Assembly: GCA_002269645.1 (NCBI GenBank)
Contig: NIVC01000280.1
Location: 558,001-622,000, forward strand
From: Macrostomum lignano
Lineage: Eukaryota
Length of the DNA stretch: 64,000 nt
Direction of reading: 5' to 3'
In this document: positions 14,636 through 27,600 of the stretch, one piece after another
Layout of the letters: the number at the start of each line of letters is the position of its first letter
Position numbering within the stretch: the stretch's first letter is position 1
Position numbers and translations under genes: made by a program
Notes under the pieces: generated by a model
Database searches by the model: none
The model's input: only the letters and a program-made list of their open reading frames with translations
What the model was told of the DNA's origin: nothing

Positions 14636-14672
14636 AAGGTATGGATCGATATCTACAACTCCGCCTCCCCAG

Positions 14673-15243
14673 GTGCACCTACTTTACCTACGAGCCAACC
14701 CTGTCGGCCACTCACTGGGCTCCGCTGCCCAGCAAGATGGCAGCGCTGGCGGACCAGTACAAGGCCCATCTGGCCAGGGAAAAAGATCCGGCAGTGTCGC
14801 CAGACCGCCTGCTGTATGCGCTGTCCCGGGAAGTCAGCGAGTACCAGGATGGCCAGTTCGACTCCCGACTGGCCGGGAAGGCCAGCTACGCCTGCGTGAA
14901 GATCCGTAGGAAGAACTGGGACATTAGCTGGAAGCTGGAGAAGCTCACCCTAGATTTCAACATCTTGTTGAGCAGAATTGGCGGCCTGTGCTCGCTGTGC
15001 ATCGGCCTCACGGCGGCCTTCATTGTTGAGCTGGTCGAGTTTGTCTACCTCAGTCTGGTCGGAGAGCCTCCGGCATCCCAGCAGCAGCCGCCGCAGCCGC
15101 TCCCTGCGCCTTCTTCCGCCCCGGACAAGCCAGGAGAAGGTGGGGAGGTCCAGGACTCGCTCTTTGAGCACCCTGATCCCTGGGAGAAAGAGCGATGCTG
15201 TAGTGAGTTTGGGAATAGCAGATCTGCTGATAGAGTCTGCTGA
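14673..15243 (+). CDS. DEG/ENaC exon 3 (TM2 and C-terminus)
   Basis: Acceptor ctccccag|G (phase 2); LLSRIGGLCSLCIGLTAAFIVELVE aligns to the DEG/ENaC TM2 signature; TGA at 15241. Confidence 0.88.
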
Positions 15244-15458
15244 CAGAGTCTGCTGACACAGTCTCCTGACAGTCTCCTGACACAGTCTGCTGACAGAGTC
15301 TGCTGACAGAGTCTGCTGACAGTCTGCTGACAGTCTCCTGACACAGTCTGCTGACAGTCTCCTGACACAGTCTGCTGACAGAGTCTGCTGACAGAGTCTG
15401 CTGACACAGTCTCCTGACACAGTCTCCTGACAGTCTCCTGACAGAGTCTGCTGACAGA
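15225..15458. repeat. ~12-bp minisatellite (gtctgctgacag[a]) that begins inside the ENaC CDS and contains its stop codon
   Basis: Direct reading. Confidence 0.85.
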
Positions 15459-15654
15459 GATGCAAATATTTTTTAAACCGACTAAATCTATTTGAAGAGT
15501 ATATTGTGCAAGAACTATGAATAAATTTCATCTACAATGTCATATTTTCAAATATATCGATATTACAAACTTCTTATGCAGGTTGCAGATGTTACGAGCT
15601 ATTAAAGTCATTTTAAACATATTTCAATATTTCAATATTCTTTTAATATCATGG

Positions 15655-16342
15655 TGAGAGTGAGAGTGAGAGTGAGTGAGAGTGAGAATGAGAGTGAGAG
15701 TGAGAGTGAGAGTAAGAATGAGAGCGACAGTAAGAGTGAGAAGAGTGAGAGTGAGAGTGAGGGTGAGAGTGAGAGTGAGAGTGAGAGTAAGAGTGAGAGC
15801 GACAGTAAGAGTGAGAAGATTAAGAGTGAAAGTGAGAGTGAGGGTGAGAGTGAGAGTGACAGTTAGAGTGAGAAGAGTGAGAGTGAGAGGAGAGTGACGG
15901 TGAGAGTAAGAGTGAGAGTGAGAGTAAGAGTGAGAGCGACAGTAAGAGTGAGAGCGACAGTAAGAGTGAGAATGAGAGTGAGAGTGAGAGTGGGAGTGAG
16001 ATTGAGAGTGACAGTAAGAGTGAGAGTGAGAGTGAGAGTGAGGGTGAGAGTGAGAGTGAGGGTGAGAGTGACAGTAAGAGTTAGAAGAGTAAGAGTGAGA
16101 GTGAGAGTGGGAGTGAGATTGAGAGTGACAGTAACAGTGAGAAGAGTGAGAGTGAAAGTGAGAGTGACAGTAAGAGTTAGAAGAGTAAGAGTGAGAGTGA
16201 GAGTGGGAGTGAGAGTGAGAGTGACAGTAACAGTGAGAAGAGTGAGAGTGAAAGTGAGAGTGAGCGTGAAAGTGAGAGTGAGGGTGAGAGTGAGAGTGCA
16301 AGTGAGAGTGAGAGTGAGAGTAAGGGTGAGAGTGAGAGTGCA
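15655..16342. repeat. (GAGAGT)n-type satellite
   Basis: Direct reading. Confidence 0.93.
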
Positions 16343-16964
16343 AGTTGGAGGCCCTAAACGACTTTTTCCCCAGCTGGCACCAGACGGAGGACTTAAACAG
16401 GTCGGTGACAGATCAGGGCAGGGAGAAGTGCAGATGCTCCATAGAGACAGACATTTGATTCTATGAAATCGATCTCTGTGGTATTTCGCTATTTCGCTGA
16501 AAAAAGGCATCGTCAGCAGCATTAGCGCGGGCGCCCGAGGTTTTCCATCGCAGATTTCCGCCAGACCCCCATCCACCAGGATCCCCGGGGCGGAGATGAA
16601 TGGGGCGCTCAAATTTCGCCTAGAAACTACTTGCTCGATTCTCTGCCTCCCTCTGTTTCATTTGACTTGCAGCGCCTGTGTTTGCTCTGTTGGGAACAGA
16701 TCCCCACTTTGCACTTTGTAGCTCGGAGGCGTTGGGGGGGGGTCTGGTTCAACTTCTGCGCCCTGGAATGAAGGGAGTCCCTGTGGTGCGAGAGTTTGTC
16801 CTCTGTCTTCCTTTTTCGGATCAATGAGTGGCCGATTCTCGAAAAGACAGCTCTGACTGCAGGCACCGATGCTGCGCTGTCACTGCACAGCAACAGGAAG
16901 CTGTGAGAGTCGCCAGAATGAATTTCTTGAGTAGCCTTGGGTTACACTGGCAGAAATCAGCCCA

Positions 16965-17662
16965 AGAATGACCAGATTTATCCATGAGTCACTATCAAGA
17001 ATCGCCAGAATTATCCATGAGTCACTCTCAAGACTCGCGAGAATTATCCATGAGTCACTGTCAAGAATCGCCAGATTTATCCATGAGTCACTATCAAGAA
17101 TCGCCAGATTTATCCATGAGTCACTATCAAGAATCGCCAGAATTATCCATAAGTCACTGTCAAGAATCGCCAGAATTATCCATAAGTCACTCTCAAGAAT
17201 CGCCAGAATTATCCATAAGTCACTGTCAAGAATCGCCAGATTTATCCATGAGTCACTGTCAAGAATGACCAGATTTATCCATGAGTCACTATCAAGAATC
17301 GCCAGAATTATCCATGAGTCACTCTCAAGACTCGCGAGAATTATCCATGAGTCACTATCAAGAATCGCCAGAATTATCCATGAGTCAGTATCAAGAATGA
17401 CCAGAATTATCCATGAGTCACTGTCAAGAATCGCCAGAATTATCTATGAGTCACTGTCAAGAATCGCCAGAATTATCCATGAGTCACTCTCGAGAATCGC
17501 CAGAATTATCCATGAGTCACTGTCAAGAATCGCCAGAATTATCCATGAGTCACTCTCGAGAATCGCCAGAATTATCCATGAGTCACTGTCAAGAATCGCC
17601 AAAATTATCCATGAGTCACTCTCAAGAATCGCCAGAATTATCCATGAGTCACTGTCAAGAAT
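16965..17662. repeat. 33-bp minisatellite (gtcactgtcaagaatcgccagaattatccatga), ~21 copies
   Basis: Direct reading. Confidence 0.95.
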
Positions 17663-18059
17663 AAATTATCCAAAAATTATTGCATCCATTTTGCGTTCCC
17701 CTGAGATCTACTTTGCGTCGGAATCGTTTTTTTCAATAAGATTATCCCGTTGTCGTGTCACATGGACCAATCCATTTCATCTATGAGACAGGCAGGCAGT
17801 GTGACAGGCGCGTCTTGCCTTCTCATTTTTAGGCTCGCAAGTAGCTGAATTTTTTCGGAGAGCTTGGAGAGTTCTCTATGCGAAGAGTAGAGTTTAATGA
17901 AATGGGAACTATTTTAACAGACTGCCTTCACTGATTAAACTTTTAGCAGATTGAACCGATAAGAGCTTTTTTAATTTTAAATACTCAATAAATTATATTT
18001 GGCTAAAAAATTGGTATGCCGTGGAGAGGAGAAAGAGGGAGAAGAACGAAGCAGAAAAG

Positions 18060-18675
18060 CCAAGGAGAGGAGAGAAAGAGAGGCAAAGGAAAAGAGAAAA
18101 GAAAGGGAGAGGAGAGGAGAAAGGAGAGAGGAGAGAGGGAGAGGAGAGAGGGAGAGGAGAGAGGGAGAGGAGAGAGGGAGAGGAGAGAGGGAGAGGAGAG
18201 AGGGAGAGGAGAGAGGGAGAGGAGAGAGGGAGAGGAGAGAGGGAGAGGAGAGAGGGAGAGGAGAGAGGGAGAGGAGAGAGGGAGAGGAGAGAGGGAGAGG
18301 AGAGAGGGAGAGGAGAGAGGGAGAGGAGAGAGGGAGAGGAGAGAGGGAGAGGAGAGAGGGAGAGGAGAGAGGGAGAGGAGAGAGGGAGAGGAGAGAGGGA
18401 GAGAGGAAGAGGAGAGGAGAGAAGGAGAGAAGAGAGAGAGAGAGAGAGGAGAGAAGAGAGAGAGGAGATAAGAAGGGAGTGGCAGAGAATCGAAGGAGTG
18501 AGATGTAGAATAAAAGAGAGGGAGAGGAGAGAGGGAGAGGAGAGAGAGGGAGAGAGGGAGAGGAGAGAGGGAGAGGAGAGAAGAGAGAAAGAGAGGAGAG
18601 AAGAGAGAGAGGAGATAAGAATGGAGTGGCAGAGAATCGAAGGAGAGAGATGTAGAATAAAAGAGAGGGAGAGGA
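18060..18675. repeat. Polypurine 13-bp satellite (ggagagagggaga)
   Basis: Direct reading. Confidence 0.92.
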
Positions 18676-19335
18676 AAGAAGGGACAGTGAAATCTTAAAT
18701 CCAAAAGCATTTTTTAATTTGTGAAGTTTTCACTATACTACTAACAAAATTGTCTATTCAGTAGAGTATGAGACAGCAAGTACGAGCGCGTAAAACCAAG
18801 ATGACAAGGTGGGAATCGTGTGATGAAGGGATGATTAAAGTCGAGTCCAGGCCATCCTTTCTTTAAGTTCGAAATTCCGAATCACGCCATAAACCGTTTG
18901 AGATGGAGCTCGCTCGCTCCAGTGCGTCGAAATCCTTTTAGCAAGCGCAGAGTGCAAGTCGGCTGAGAGAATTTGGGAGGATATTTCTGCTACAAGTCCC
19001 AGCAAAGGCATTTGCTCGGTAGGAAAGTCGCTCTACCAGCCTTAACGGTGTCCCCTGACATCTCTTTGACTCGCCGCCCATCAAACAGCCCGGTCCGTCA
19101 GATGCAGCAGGTGCAGCCTCCCGCATTGCCTCATCATTTTCGGCGGCCAATTGCGTCACGCTGTGTGACTTGGGATTTTTAAACAACGGCTGCAGGATCG
19201 GCGATTAAAATCCTCAGCTCCGCCTACTGACTGGGCATCAAAATTTCCCTGCCATCTTGGTCTGGGATTCTGGGCCTCTGTCAGCTCCTGTCAACTTCTA
19301 TTTGCTGTAAACCCGCTGGACTGGGGCGCCTCCGC

Positions 19336-20195
<860 letters not shown>

Positions 20196-20844
20196 GCCAA
20201 AGCAAACAGTGAGCCGTTCGTTGCCACAGCAAACAACCCCTATTGTGTAAGTGTGCTTCGTAGTTGCCAAAAGTCGTGCAAAACGAGGAGACACCGAAAG
20301 CTCTCCAGCTCGGGCTGTGCGGCCATTATGAGCCTGGAGACCGCGGTGGGTGACGCAGCGCCACCCTCTCTGGGTGCGGACTGATCACGCCTTAATCTCC
20401 CATGTCTCTGGCGCAACGCCCTCAATATTCCCATTTATTTAGGTTTCGGGAAATGTTTTCGCTGAATGTTTGGCCAATAGATTGCACTTAAAAGCTTCAA
20501 ACGTGTTGAGTAACTTTCTTCTCCCCTGATATGCTTGAGCTCTGCTCTCAATGTTGACTTCCACAGCATTGCGCCACGCAGCTCCACATTTTCTCAACAA
20601 CCGTGCCACAAAGCTAAACAATATTCTCTCACTTGTTGCTACGCGGCTGGGTCAGCGAGTCCTGGCGCGAATTTTTATCGCAATTCGACTTTTCCCGGAA
20701 TTCAGTTTCTTAGAATCTTAGCTGATCTTCAAAGTAAAACTTTCGTGGCTTTGATGTTGCTTGGTGCGATGTTAGCTTGATCGTTCTTGGCCGCACTGCA
20801 TCGCCGCGGCACTTGAATACATTAGCACGCCTGTTCGTAAGCCC

Positions 20845-21342
20845 GCAATTTCATAAGCGCGTAGTTTCATAAGCCCGCAGTGTCATCAGCACGCAGTTTC
20901 ATAAGCGCGCAGTTTCATAAGCGCGCAGTTTCATAAGCGCGCAGTTTCATAAGCGCGCAGTGTCATAAGCGCCCAGTGTCATAAGCCCGCAGTGTCATAA
21001 GCGCGCAGTGTCATAAGCGCGCAGTGTCATAACCGCACAGTGTCATAAGTGCGCAGTGTCATAAGCGCGCAGTGTCATAAGCGTGCAGTGTCATAAGTGC
21101 GCAGTGTCATAAGCGCGCAGTGTCATAAGCGCGCAGTGTCATAACCGCACAGTGTCATAAGTGCGCAGTGTCATAAGCGCGCAGTGTCATAAGCGTGCAG
21201 TGTCATAAGTGCGCAGTGTCATAAGCGCGCAGTGTCATAAGCGCGCAGTGTCATAACCGCACAGTGTCATAAGTGCGCAGTGTCATAAGCGCGCAGTGTC
21301 ATAAGCGCACAGTGTCATAAGTGCGCAGTGTCATAAGCGCGC
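20845..21342. repeat. 16-bp minisatellite (gcgcgcagtgtcataa) with a 7-unit (112-bp) higher-order repeat
   Basis: Variant order gcgcgc,gcgcgc,ccgcac,gtgcgc,gcgcgc,gcgtgc,gtgcgc recurs about three times from 21001. Confidence 0.92.
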
Positions 21343-22269
21343 ACTTCATTCTCCCCCCCCCTCAGTCAGGTGGTTTCACAATTGCTGACTTAAGTGCTGA
21401 CACTTTGACTACAAACTAAAAAAAGGAAAAAAAAACCTTGACATTTTTTCTAAACACCTGCTGTTGGGTCATCACCAACCGGCTTGACAATGCCTCTTTT
21501 GCTTCAAGTCAGCCTCATGAATAAATCAGTGAAGCAAATACATCCACCAGAAGTTGGTGTTGCTAAGCCGGCCTGAACCAGCGTTGGTCGGCAGCTCCTG
21601 ACACAGTAGGCAGAGTTGGCTTTGATAAGACTCGGTCAGTCGTCCATTGCCACCCAACCCCCCCCCCCCTCCCCAACTCCGGAGATAAGCAGGCGATAAA
21701 ACTGCCTGTAGGGGTCGCCGGGACAGTCGTGATGCAATTTGGGAACCCCTGACGTGCAACCCGCAGGAGATGTCACTTCAGATTAGAACCTCGGGGGTGG
21801 GGGGATTGTAACCAAGACGGATGTGTCGCTTTCAATATCCTTCTTGTGTCACCAACCCACCTCAACGAAATATCAAAGGTATTAGCGCTTTCCTCACTTT
21901 GACCTGCTGTTTATCTTTCAATAATAGCAATAATAATAAATGATATGACTCCGAACAATAGGGGGCATGCCCAGAGGTGCAAGGTGAGACTTCACACCTC
22001 AATTCAATTTTGATAATCGCAGTTAATCGGGCTATTATCAGGAGTCAGAGCTGATTTAATGCTTCGGGTTTACAGCCAACGTGCGGTTATTGATTGTTGG
22101 TTTTAGATAAAAGTTTGTTCTTGGTTTGCCCCTGTGCCAATTTTGTAACAATTATTCTTTTCAAGATACACAATGGAATACTCATAAGCTGGCTGAATGC
22201 GACTGGATGTTATTGAAGGTGAACCTGAGTGAGAATGACTATTTGATAAAATGAGAGTGCTTGGGTCAC

Positions 22270-22895
22270 TAGGAGTGAGTGAGAGTGAGTGTGGGTGGCT
22301 GAGAGTGACTAAAAATGACTGAGAGTGACTGAAATGATTGAGAATGACTGAAAGTGACTGAGAGTGAGTGAGAGTGGCTGACAAAGCCTAGGAGCGACTG
22401 AGAGAGACTTAAAGTGACTGAGAGTGATTGAGAGTGACTGAGAGTGATTGAGAGTGACTGAGAGTGACTGAGAGTGACTGAGAGTGACTGAGAGTGACTG
22501 AGAGTGACTGAGAGTGACTGAGAGTGACTGAGAGTGACTAAGAGTGACTAAGAGTGACTGAGAGTGACTGAGAGTGACTGAGAGTGACTGAGAGTGACTG
22601 AGAGTGACTGAGAGTGACTGAGAGTGACTGAGAGTGACTGAGAGCGACTAAGAGTGACTGAGAGTGACTGAGAGTGACTGAGAGTGACTGAGAGTGACTG
22701 AGAGTGACTGAGAGTGGCTGAGAGTGACTAAGAGTGACTGAGAGTGACTGAGAGAGACTTAAAGTGACTGAGAGTGACTGAGAGTGGCTGAGAGTGACTA
22801 AGAGTGACTGAGAGAGACTTAAAGTGACTGAGAGTGACTAAGAGTGACTGAGAGTGACTGAGAGTGACTGAGAGTGACTGAGAGTGAGTGAAAGT
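22270..22895. repeat. 10-bp satellite (gagagtgact)
   Basis: Direct reading. Confidence 0.93.
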
Positions 22896-23984
22896 GGCTG
22901 AGAGCGACCGAATGGACTAAACCGACTGTAATAGCTCATCCACTTCCGCAGGCGGTGACTCAGAGTTAAATCCAGTCCACAATGCCAACAATAAGACGAA
23001 TCGAAAAGGAGAGACAAGCCAGGCGCTTCAGTGGGCTGGAATAGCCGAAAGTTTAAACTTTGAATGGGGAAAAGGGGAACCCAGTGCGTCAAATTATACG
23101 GAATTAAATAAAAAAGCAAAGCTTGAGGGGGGGCCGAAGGAGAAGAAGGGCAGGTTGCGCCACTGCGCTCTGACGCAATCAAACAACCAACAACCTTTTT
23201 CCCCCCGAGCTTGACAGAAGGGAATTTTCGCCCTTCACCCCCCCCCTTTTCGCCCGTCACGCAACAAATCCCAAACTCGTGGGATCGGAAAGTTAAGAAA
23301 ATTGTTGGGAAATGCCGATAGACCCGAAAACTGCCCCTCCTGTCAACTCTGTCCGCCCATCAACCTGTGCTGCTTGCACTAAAACAGATGGCGAGAGTAG
23401 GGGGGGCCGAAGTTCGAACCCCAGTGTTGCTTGTTGAGTCCAGATGCTCAGCCTGTGTGAAGAGCTGATGAGCATGTAGCAAAACTCGAGTGGCTCAGTT
23501 AGTTGAGAAGCTCTGCTCAGAAATCAGTGCCCATGGTGAAGTGGCGCCACTTGAACCTCACCCGCTCATTGGGGCTCCTCCCTCTTACCTAGATGGGAGC
23601 TGTCCAGCTGCTTCAATGGGATGCGCGACTGGAGTGGAGAGTGAGGGGTCACTCAAATCAAATAAAAGCTTCCACCGCCAACCTCTGCCTCTTCTTTCTG
23701 TTGGCTAAAAAGCAGACTTAAAAAGGTGTTTCACTGTTTTGCTTCAAAGTCTTTGTCTTTGGGTTTTTGTCCAATTCAAAACTAACAAATCCGTGTTTGC
23801 TTAAACAGTAAACAGGCTGCGGAGTCCAGGTACTTCAGTGCCTCACTGCTCAACCGGAACTGGCAACATTAGCTCGAATAGATGCCGAGTAGGGGACTGG
23901 GATCTGGGATTTAGATATGGAAATGAGGATTTGAAGATCATGAATTGGGATTTCGGATGAGGGATTTAGGATAGAACTTAGAAA

Positions 23985-24528
23985 CTGGGATCAGGGACTG
24001 GGATCAGGGACTGAAGGATCAGGGACTGAAGGATCAGGGACTGAAGGATCAGGGACTGAAGGATCAGGGACTGAAGGATCAGGGACTGAAGGATCAGGGA
24101 CTGAAGGATCAGGGACTGAAGGATCAGGGACTGAAGGATCAGGGACTGAAGGATCAGGGACTGAAGGATCAGGGACTGAAGGATCAGGGACTGAAGGATC
24201 AGGGACTGAAGGATCAGGGACTGAAGGATCAGGGACTGAAGGATCAGGGACTGAAGGATCAGGGACTGAAGGATCAGGGACTGAAGGATCAGGGACTGAA
24301 GGATCAGGGACTGAAGGATCAGGGACTGAAGGATCAGGGACTGAAGGATCAGGGACTGAAGGATCAGGGACTGAAGGATCAGGGACTGAAGGATCAGGGA
24401 CTGAAGGATCAGGGACTGAAGGATCAGGGACTGAAGGATCAGGGACTGAAGGATCAGGGACTGAAGGATCAGGGACTGAAGGATCAGGGACTGAAGGATC
24501 AGGGACTGAAGGATCAGGGACTGGGATC
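23985..24528. repeat. 15-bp near-perfect minisatellite (ggatcagggactgaa), ~35 copies
   Basis: Direct reading. Confidence 0.97.
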
Positions 24529-24882
24529 AGCCTGTCTGCCATTTTGGTCAGAAATAACTCGACTTTGAACAGTTCGGCGTATTTAAGTTATAATTTTCAT
24601 TGAAACAAAACTAAACAAAGAAAAGCGTTTTGTATTTTATATTTGTTCACTGTAACAAAGATTTCAATAAAGTGCATGCTAAAAAGTACAGGCGTTAAGC
24701 AGCTTCAGTGCAGATCGGACATGGAATATGCGGACTTAATTAACTGTTAATTCAATTGTAGATTGATACAAAAATATGATACAATTTTCTTCTTCTAGCA
24801 GCGGAAATTGGACTGGAAAAAACTGTTAAAAAAATAAAATTTAAAATTATTTGCGGATAAAATTTTGGCCTCTCCGGTTGCG

Positions 24883-24984
24883 TCAGTAGGCGGCGGCGGA
24901 GGCTGGGCTGTACTTGTGCTGTCGCTGCTGCTGCTGCTCACCCGACAGCATCTGGGAGTTGACGCTGAAGTAGGCGGATGTCTG

Positions 24985-25018
<34 letters not shown>

Positions 25019-26172
25019 GAGCTCAGCTGCTCCAACGGCGCAGCTTCATCGGCCGCCTGTCCCGCAGCAGCCGCTGACTGCTCGCCAACGAAGGCGATGA
25101 ACCGCCGGTCAGTCCATGCGTTGAGGTCCTCGCAGGCCTGTCGCCAGGGCAGCAGGGCTCGCATCGGGAGGCCTTTGTTGCGGAACGCCTCTCGGAGGCC
25201 GTAGCAGATGCCTTCGTAGTACAGCAGCCGGTTCACCTCCTCCAGGTAGGCGGCCGGACGCTCCATGGAGCCTCGCCGATTGGCGCCAAGAAGGTCGCGG
25301 CAGCGTTGCAGAGCGCAGTACACCAGCAGGTCGGCGTACACCTCCTCGCTGAGTTGGCTGAACTGCCGCGCCAGCTGACGCTCGTCGATGCGCTTCTTCT
25401 CGCGCGACTTCTTGGCGGACAGGTTGTTGCGCACTCGGCGCTTCCAGTAGGCATCGGACTTCAGGTCGTCGGGCACCCGGCTGCCCGGACGGCGGGAGGA
25501 CGCCGAGCGGCCCGAGGACCCGTTGGCGGCCGCGGCGGCGGTGGCAGAGACGGAATCGTCGGCTGAGTCGCTGTCAGCGTCGCAGGCGTCGGTCTCAACG
25601 GAGGTCTGTTGGATGGTGGAGCACTGCTGCTGATGCTGTTGCTGTTGCTGCTGCTGGTACAGATGCTGCTGGTGCTGCATCAGGTGCTGAGGGTGATGGC
25701 TCACAAGCAGGTGATGGGATTGCGGCGGCAGCGCCTGCTGTTGCTGCTGCTGCTGCTGCAGGTCGACGCTGAGAGAGGCGGGAGGCTGGGCGATGGCGTA
25801 GAGGCTGTCCAGGTGATGACCAACAAAGCCCGGATGCGGGGCGCCTCTGGCAGCGTATTGATGGAATGCGACTGGCAGCGCGGGTTGGAACTGCTGCTGC
25901 TGCTGGTGGTGCTGAAGGTGCTGCTGCTGTTGCTGCAGATGTTGCTGCTGCTGGTGGACACTCTGTCCGTGATGCGAATCTACAGATGGAAACACCGGCT
26001 GAGTCAGGCTGTAGGACGAGGGCACAGCCGCATGCTGCTGCTGCTGCTGCAGCGGCTGGTGAAACTGCAGCTGTGGCTGATGAGGAAGCTGAAGCTGCTG
26101 ATGCAGCTGTTGTTTCTGAGCCGGTTCGGCTAGCAAGTCGAAATCAATTGAGTAGCTGCCCGTCATCTGCAT
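24883..26172 (-). CDS. Single-exon bZIP transcription factor, NFIL3/vrille- or PAR-like basic region, polyQ-rich (429 aa)
   Basis: KSDAYWKRRVRNNLSAKKSREKKR matches YW.+R.+NN.AA+RSRE+RR of NFIL3/PAR proteins; GC3-rich codons; ATG 26172, TGA 24883. Confidence 0.85.
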
Positions 26173-26657
26173 TGTCGAGCCTGCGAGAGGTTTTGAGTTG
26201 CGCAGACCTTTTAGTTACATGCACTCATACGAGTGAATAGTTACTTTAACGAATAATGATGCAAGCTCAGGTACTCACCAAACATTCCTGACGCAGAGAT
26301 TCTGGCGCAATTCTTCTTCTGCTTTTTTGCACAAGCTTTTGTTCTCTATTCTGTATTGTTGTTTCTCGCTGGAGTGCGCAATAACAATGCCAATTGCCCC
26401 GGCTGCTTCTATGAGGGTCGCGTCCGTCTCGCGAACTTCGTAATCCCTTAGGTCTGGGGGTCGACCTTCTTTAAAGGGTCGCTGCGGCCTTCTACCCCCG
26501 GAGCCGGGCTACCACCCCCTGCCCGCCCTGTGGCAAAAAGGGTCCCCGGGGTCAGGCTGGGAGGTCGGTCGGGCTGTCCCGTGACAAGGCGCGCTGAGAA
26601 GGCGCCCTGCGTGCCATTGGCTCCCCAGGGGGGGGGGAGGGGGTTGCGAAATGTAGT

Positions 26658-26667
26658 GTTGCGCAAT
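26658..26667. promoter_or_regulatory. C/EBP-type palindrome GTTGCGCAAT ~490 bp upstream of the bZIP ATG
   Basis: Matches RTTGCGYAAY; function untested. Confidence 0.3.
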
Positions 26668-26989
26668 GAGCTAAGTCGCTGCGGCCGAGGTGAAAATCGC
26701 CGGCCAAGGAGGTGAAGGGGTGGGTGGGAAGAAGACCGCGCTGCGGGGGGTCCCTGGCTGGGGGGTTGGGGGTCCTGCGGATTTCCAATGACCCACCACT
26801 GATCTTCCCTCCGGGGATTTTCGCGTGGTCTCGCAGCTCCGTCCCCCTCTGTCTCCTTCTCGGGCCTGAACTCATCTTCAACATCCTTTTTTATATTGAT
26901 GACCGGCAGTGAAGCAGTTCGGTGTTTCAAAAAGTGCGGGCGATGGAGGCTGCGAAAGGCGGAGGGAAAAGAACAAAACAGATTGTGAT

Positions 26990-27404
26990 AGAGAGGGGGA
27001 CAGAGGGGGAGACAGAGAGGGAGACAGAGAGGGAGACAGAGAGGGAGACAGAGGGAGACAGAGAGGAGAGGGAGACAGAGAGGGAGACAGAGAGGGAGAC
27101 AGAGGGAGACAGAGAGGAGAGGGAGACAGAGAGGGAGACAGAGAGGGAGACAGAGAAGGAGACAGAGAGGGAGACAGCGAGGGAGACAGAGAAGGAGACA
27201 GAGAGGGAGACAGAGAAGGAGACAGAGAGGGAGACAGAGAGGGAGACAGAGAGGGAGACAGAGGGAGACAGAGACGGAGACAGAGAAGGAGACAGAGAGG
27301 GAGACAGAGAGGGAGACAGAGAGGGAGACAGAGACGGAGGGGAGGGAGAGAGAGACGGAGTAAGAGGCAAAGAGGGAAGCAGAAAGGGAGACCGAAGGTG
27401 AAGA

Positions 27405-27469
<65 letters not shown>

Positions 27470-27600
27470 GGAGGGGAGAGGGAGTCCGGAGATGGGGAGG
27501 GAGACAAAGAGGCAGGCAGAGAGGGAGACAGTGAGGGAGACTGAGGGAGAGACGGTGAGGGAGAGGGAGGCAAAGGATGGGAGGGAGGCACAGAGGGAGG
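26990..27600. repeat. GA-rich 12-bp satellite (gagggagacaga) plus (GA)n
   Basis: Direct reading. Confidence 0.92.

Noticed and set aside
23991-24542. (PDPSV)n protein
   Set aside because: Identical 15-bp units with no synonymous variation, so not under coding constraint
26448-26930. 160-aa ORF upstream of the bZIP
   Set aside because: No domain or codon bias; looks like GC-rich promoter or 5' UTR sequence
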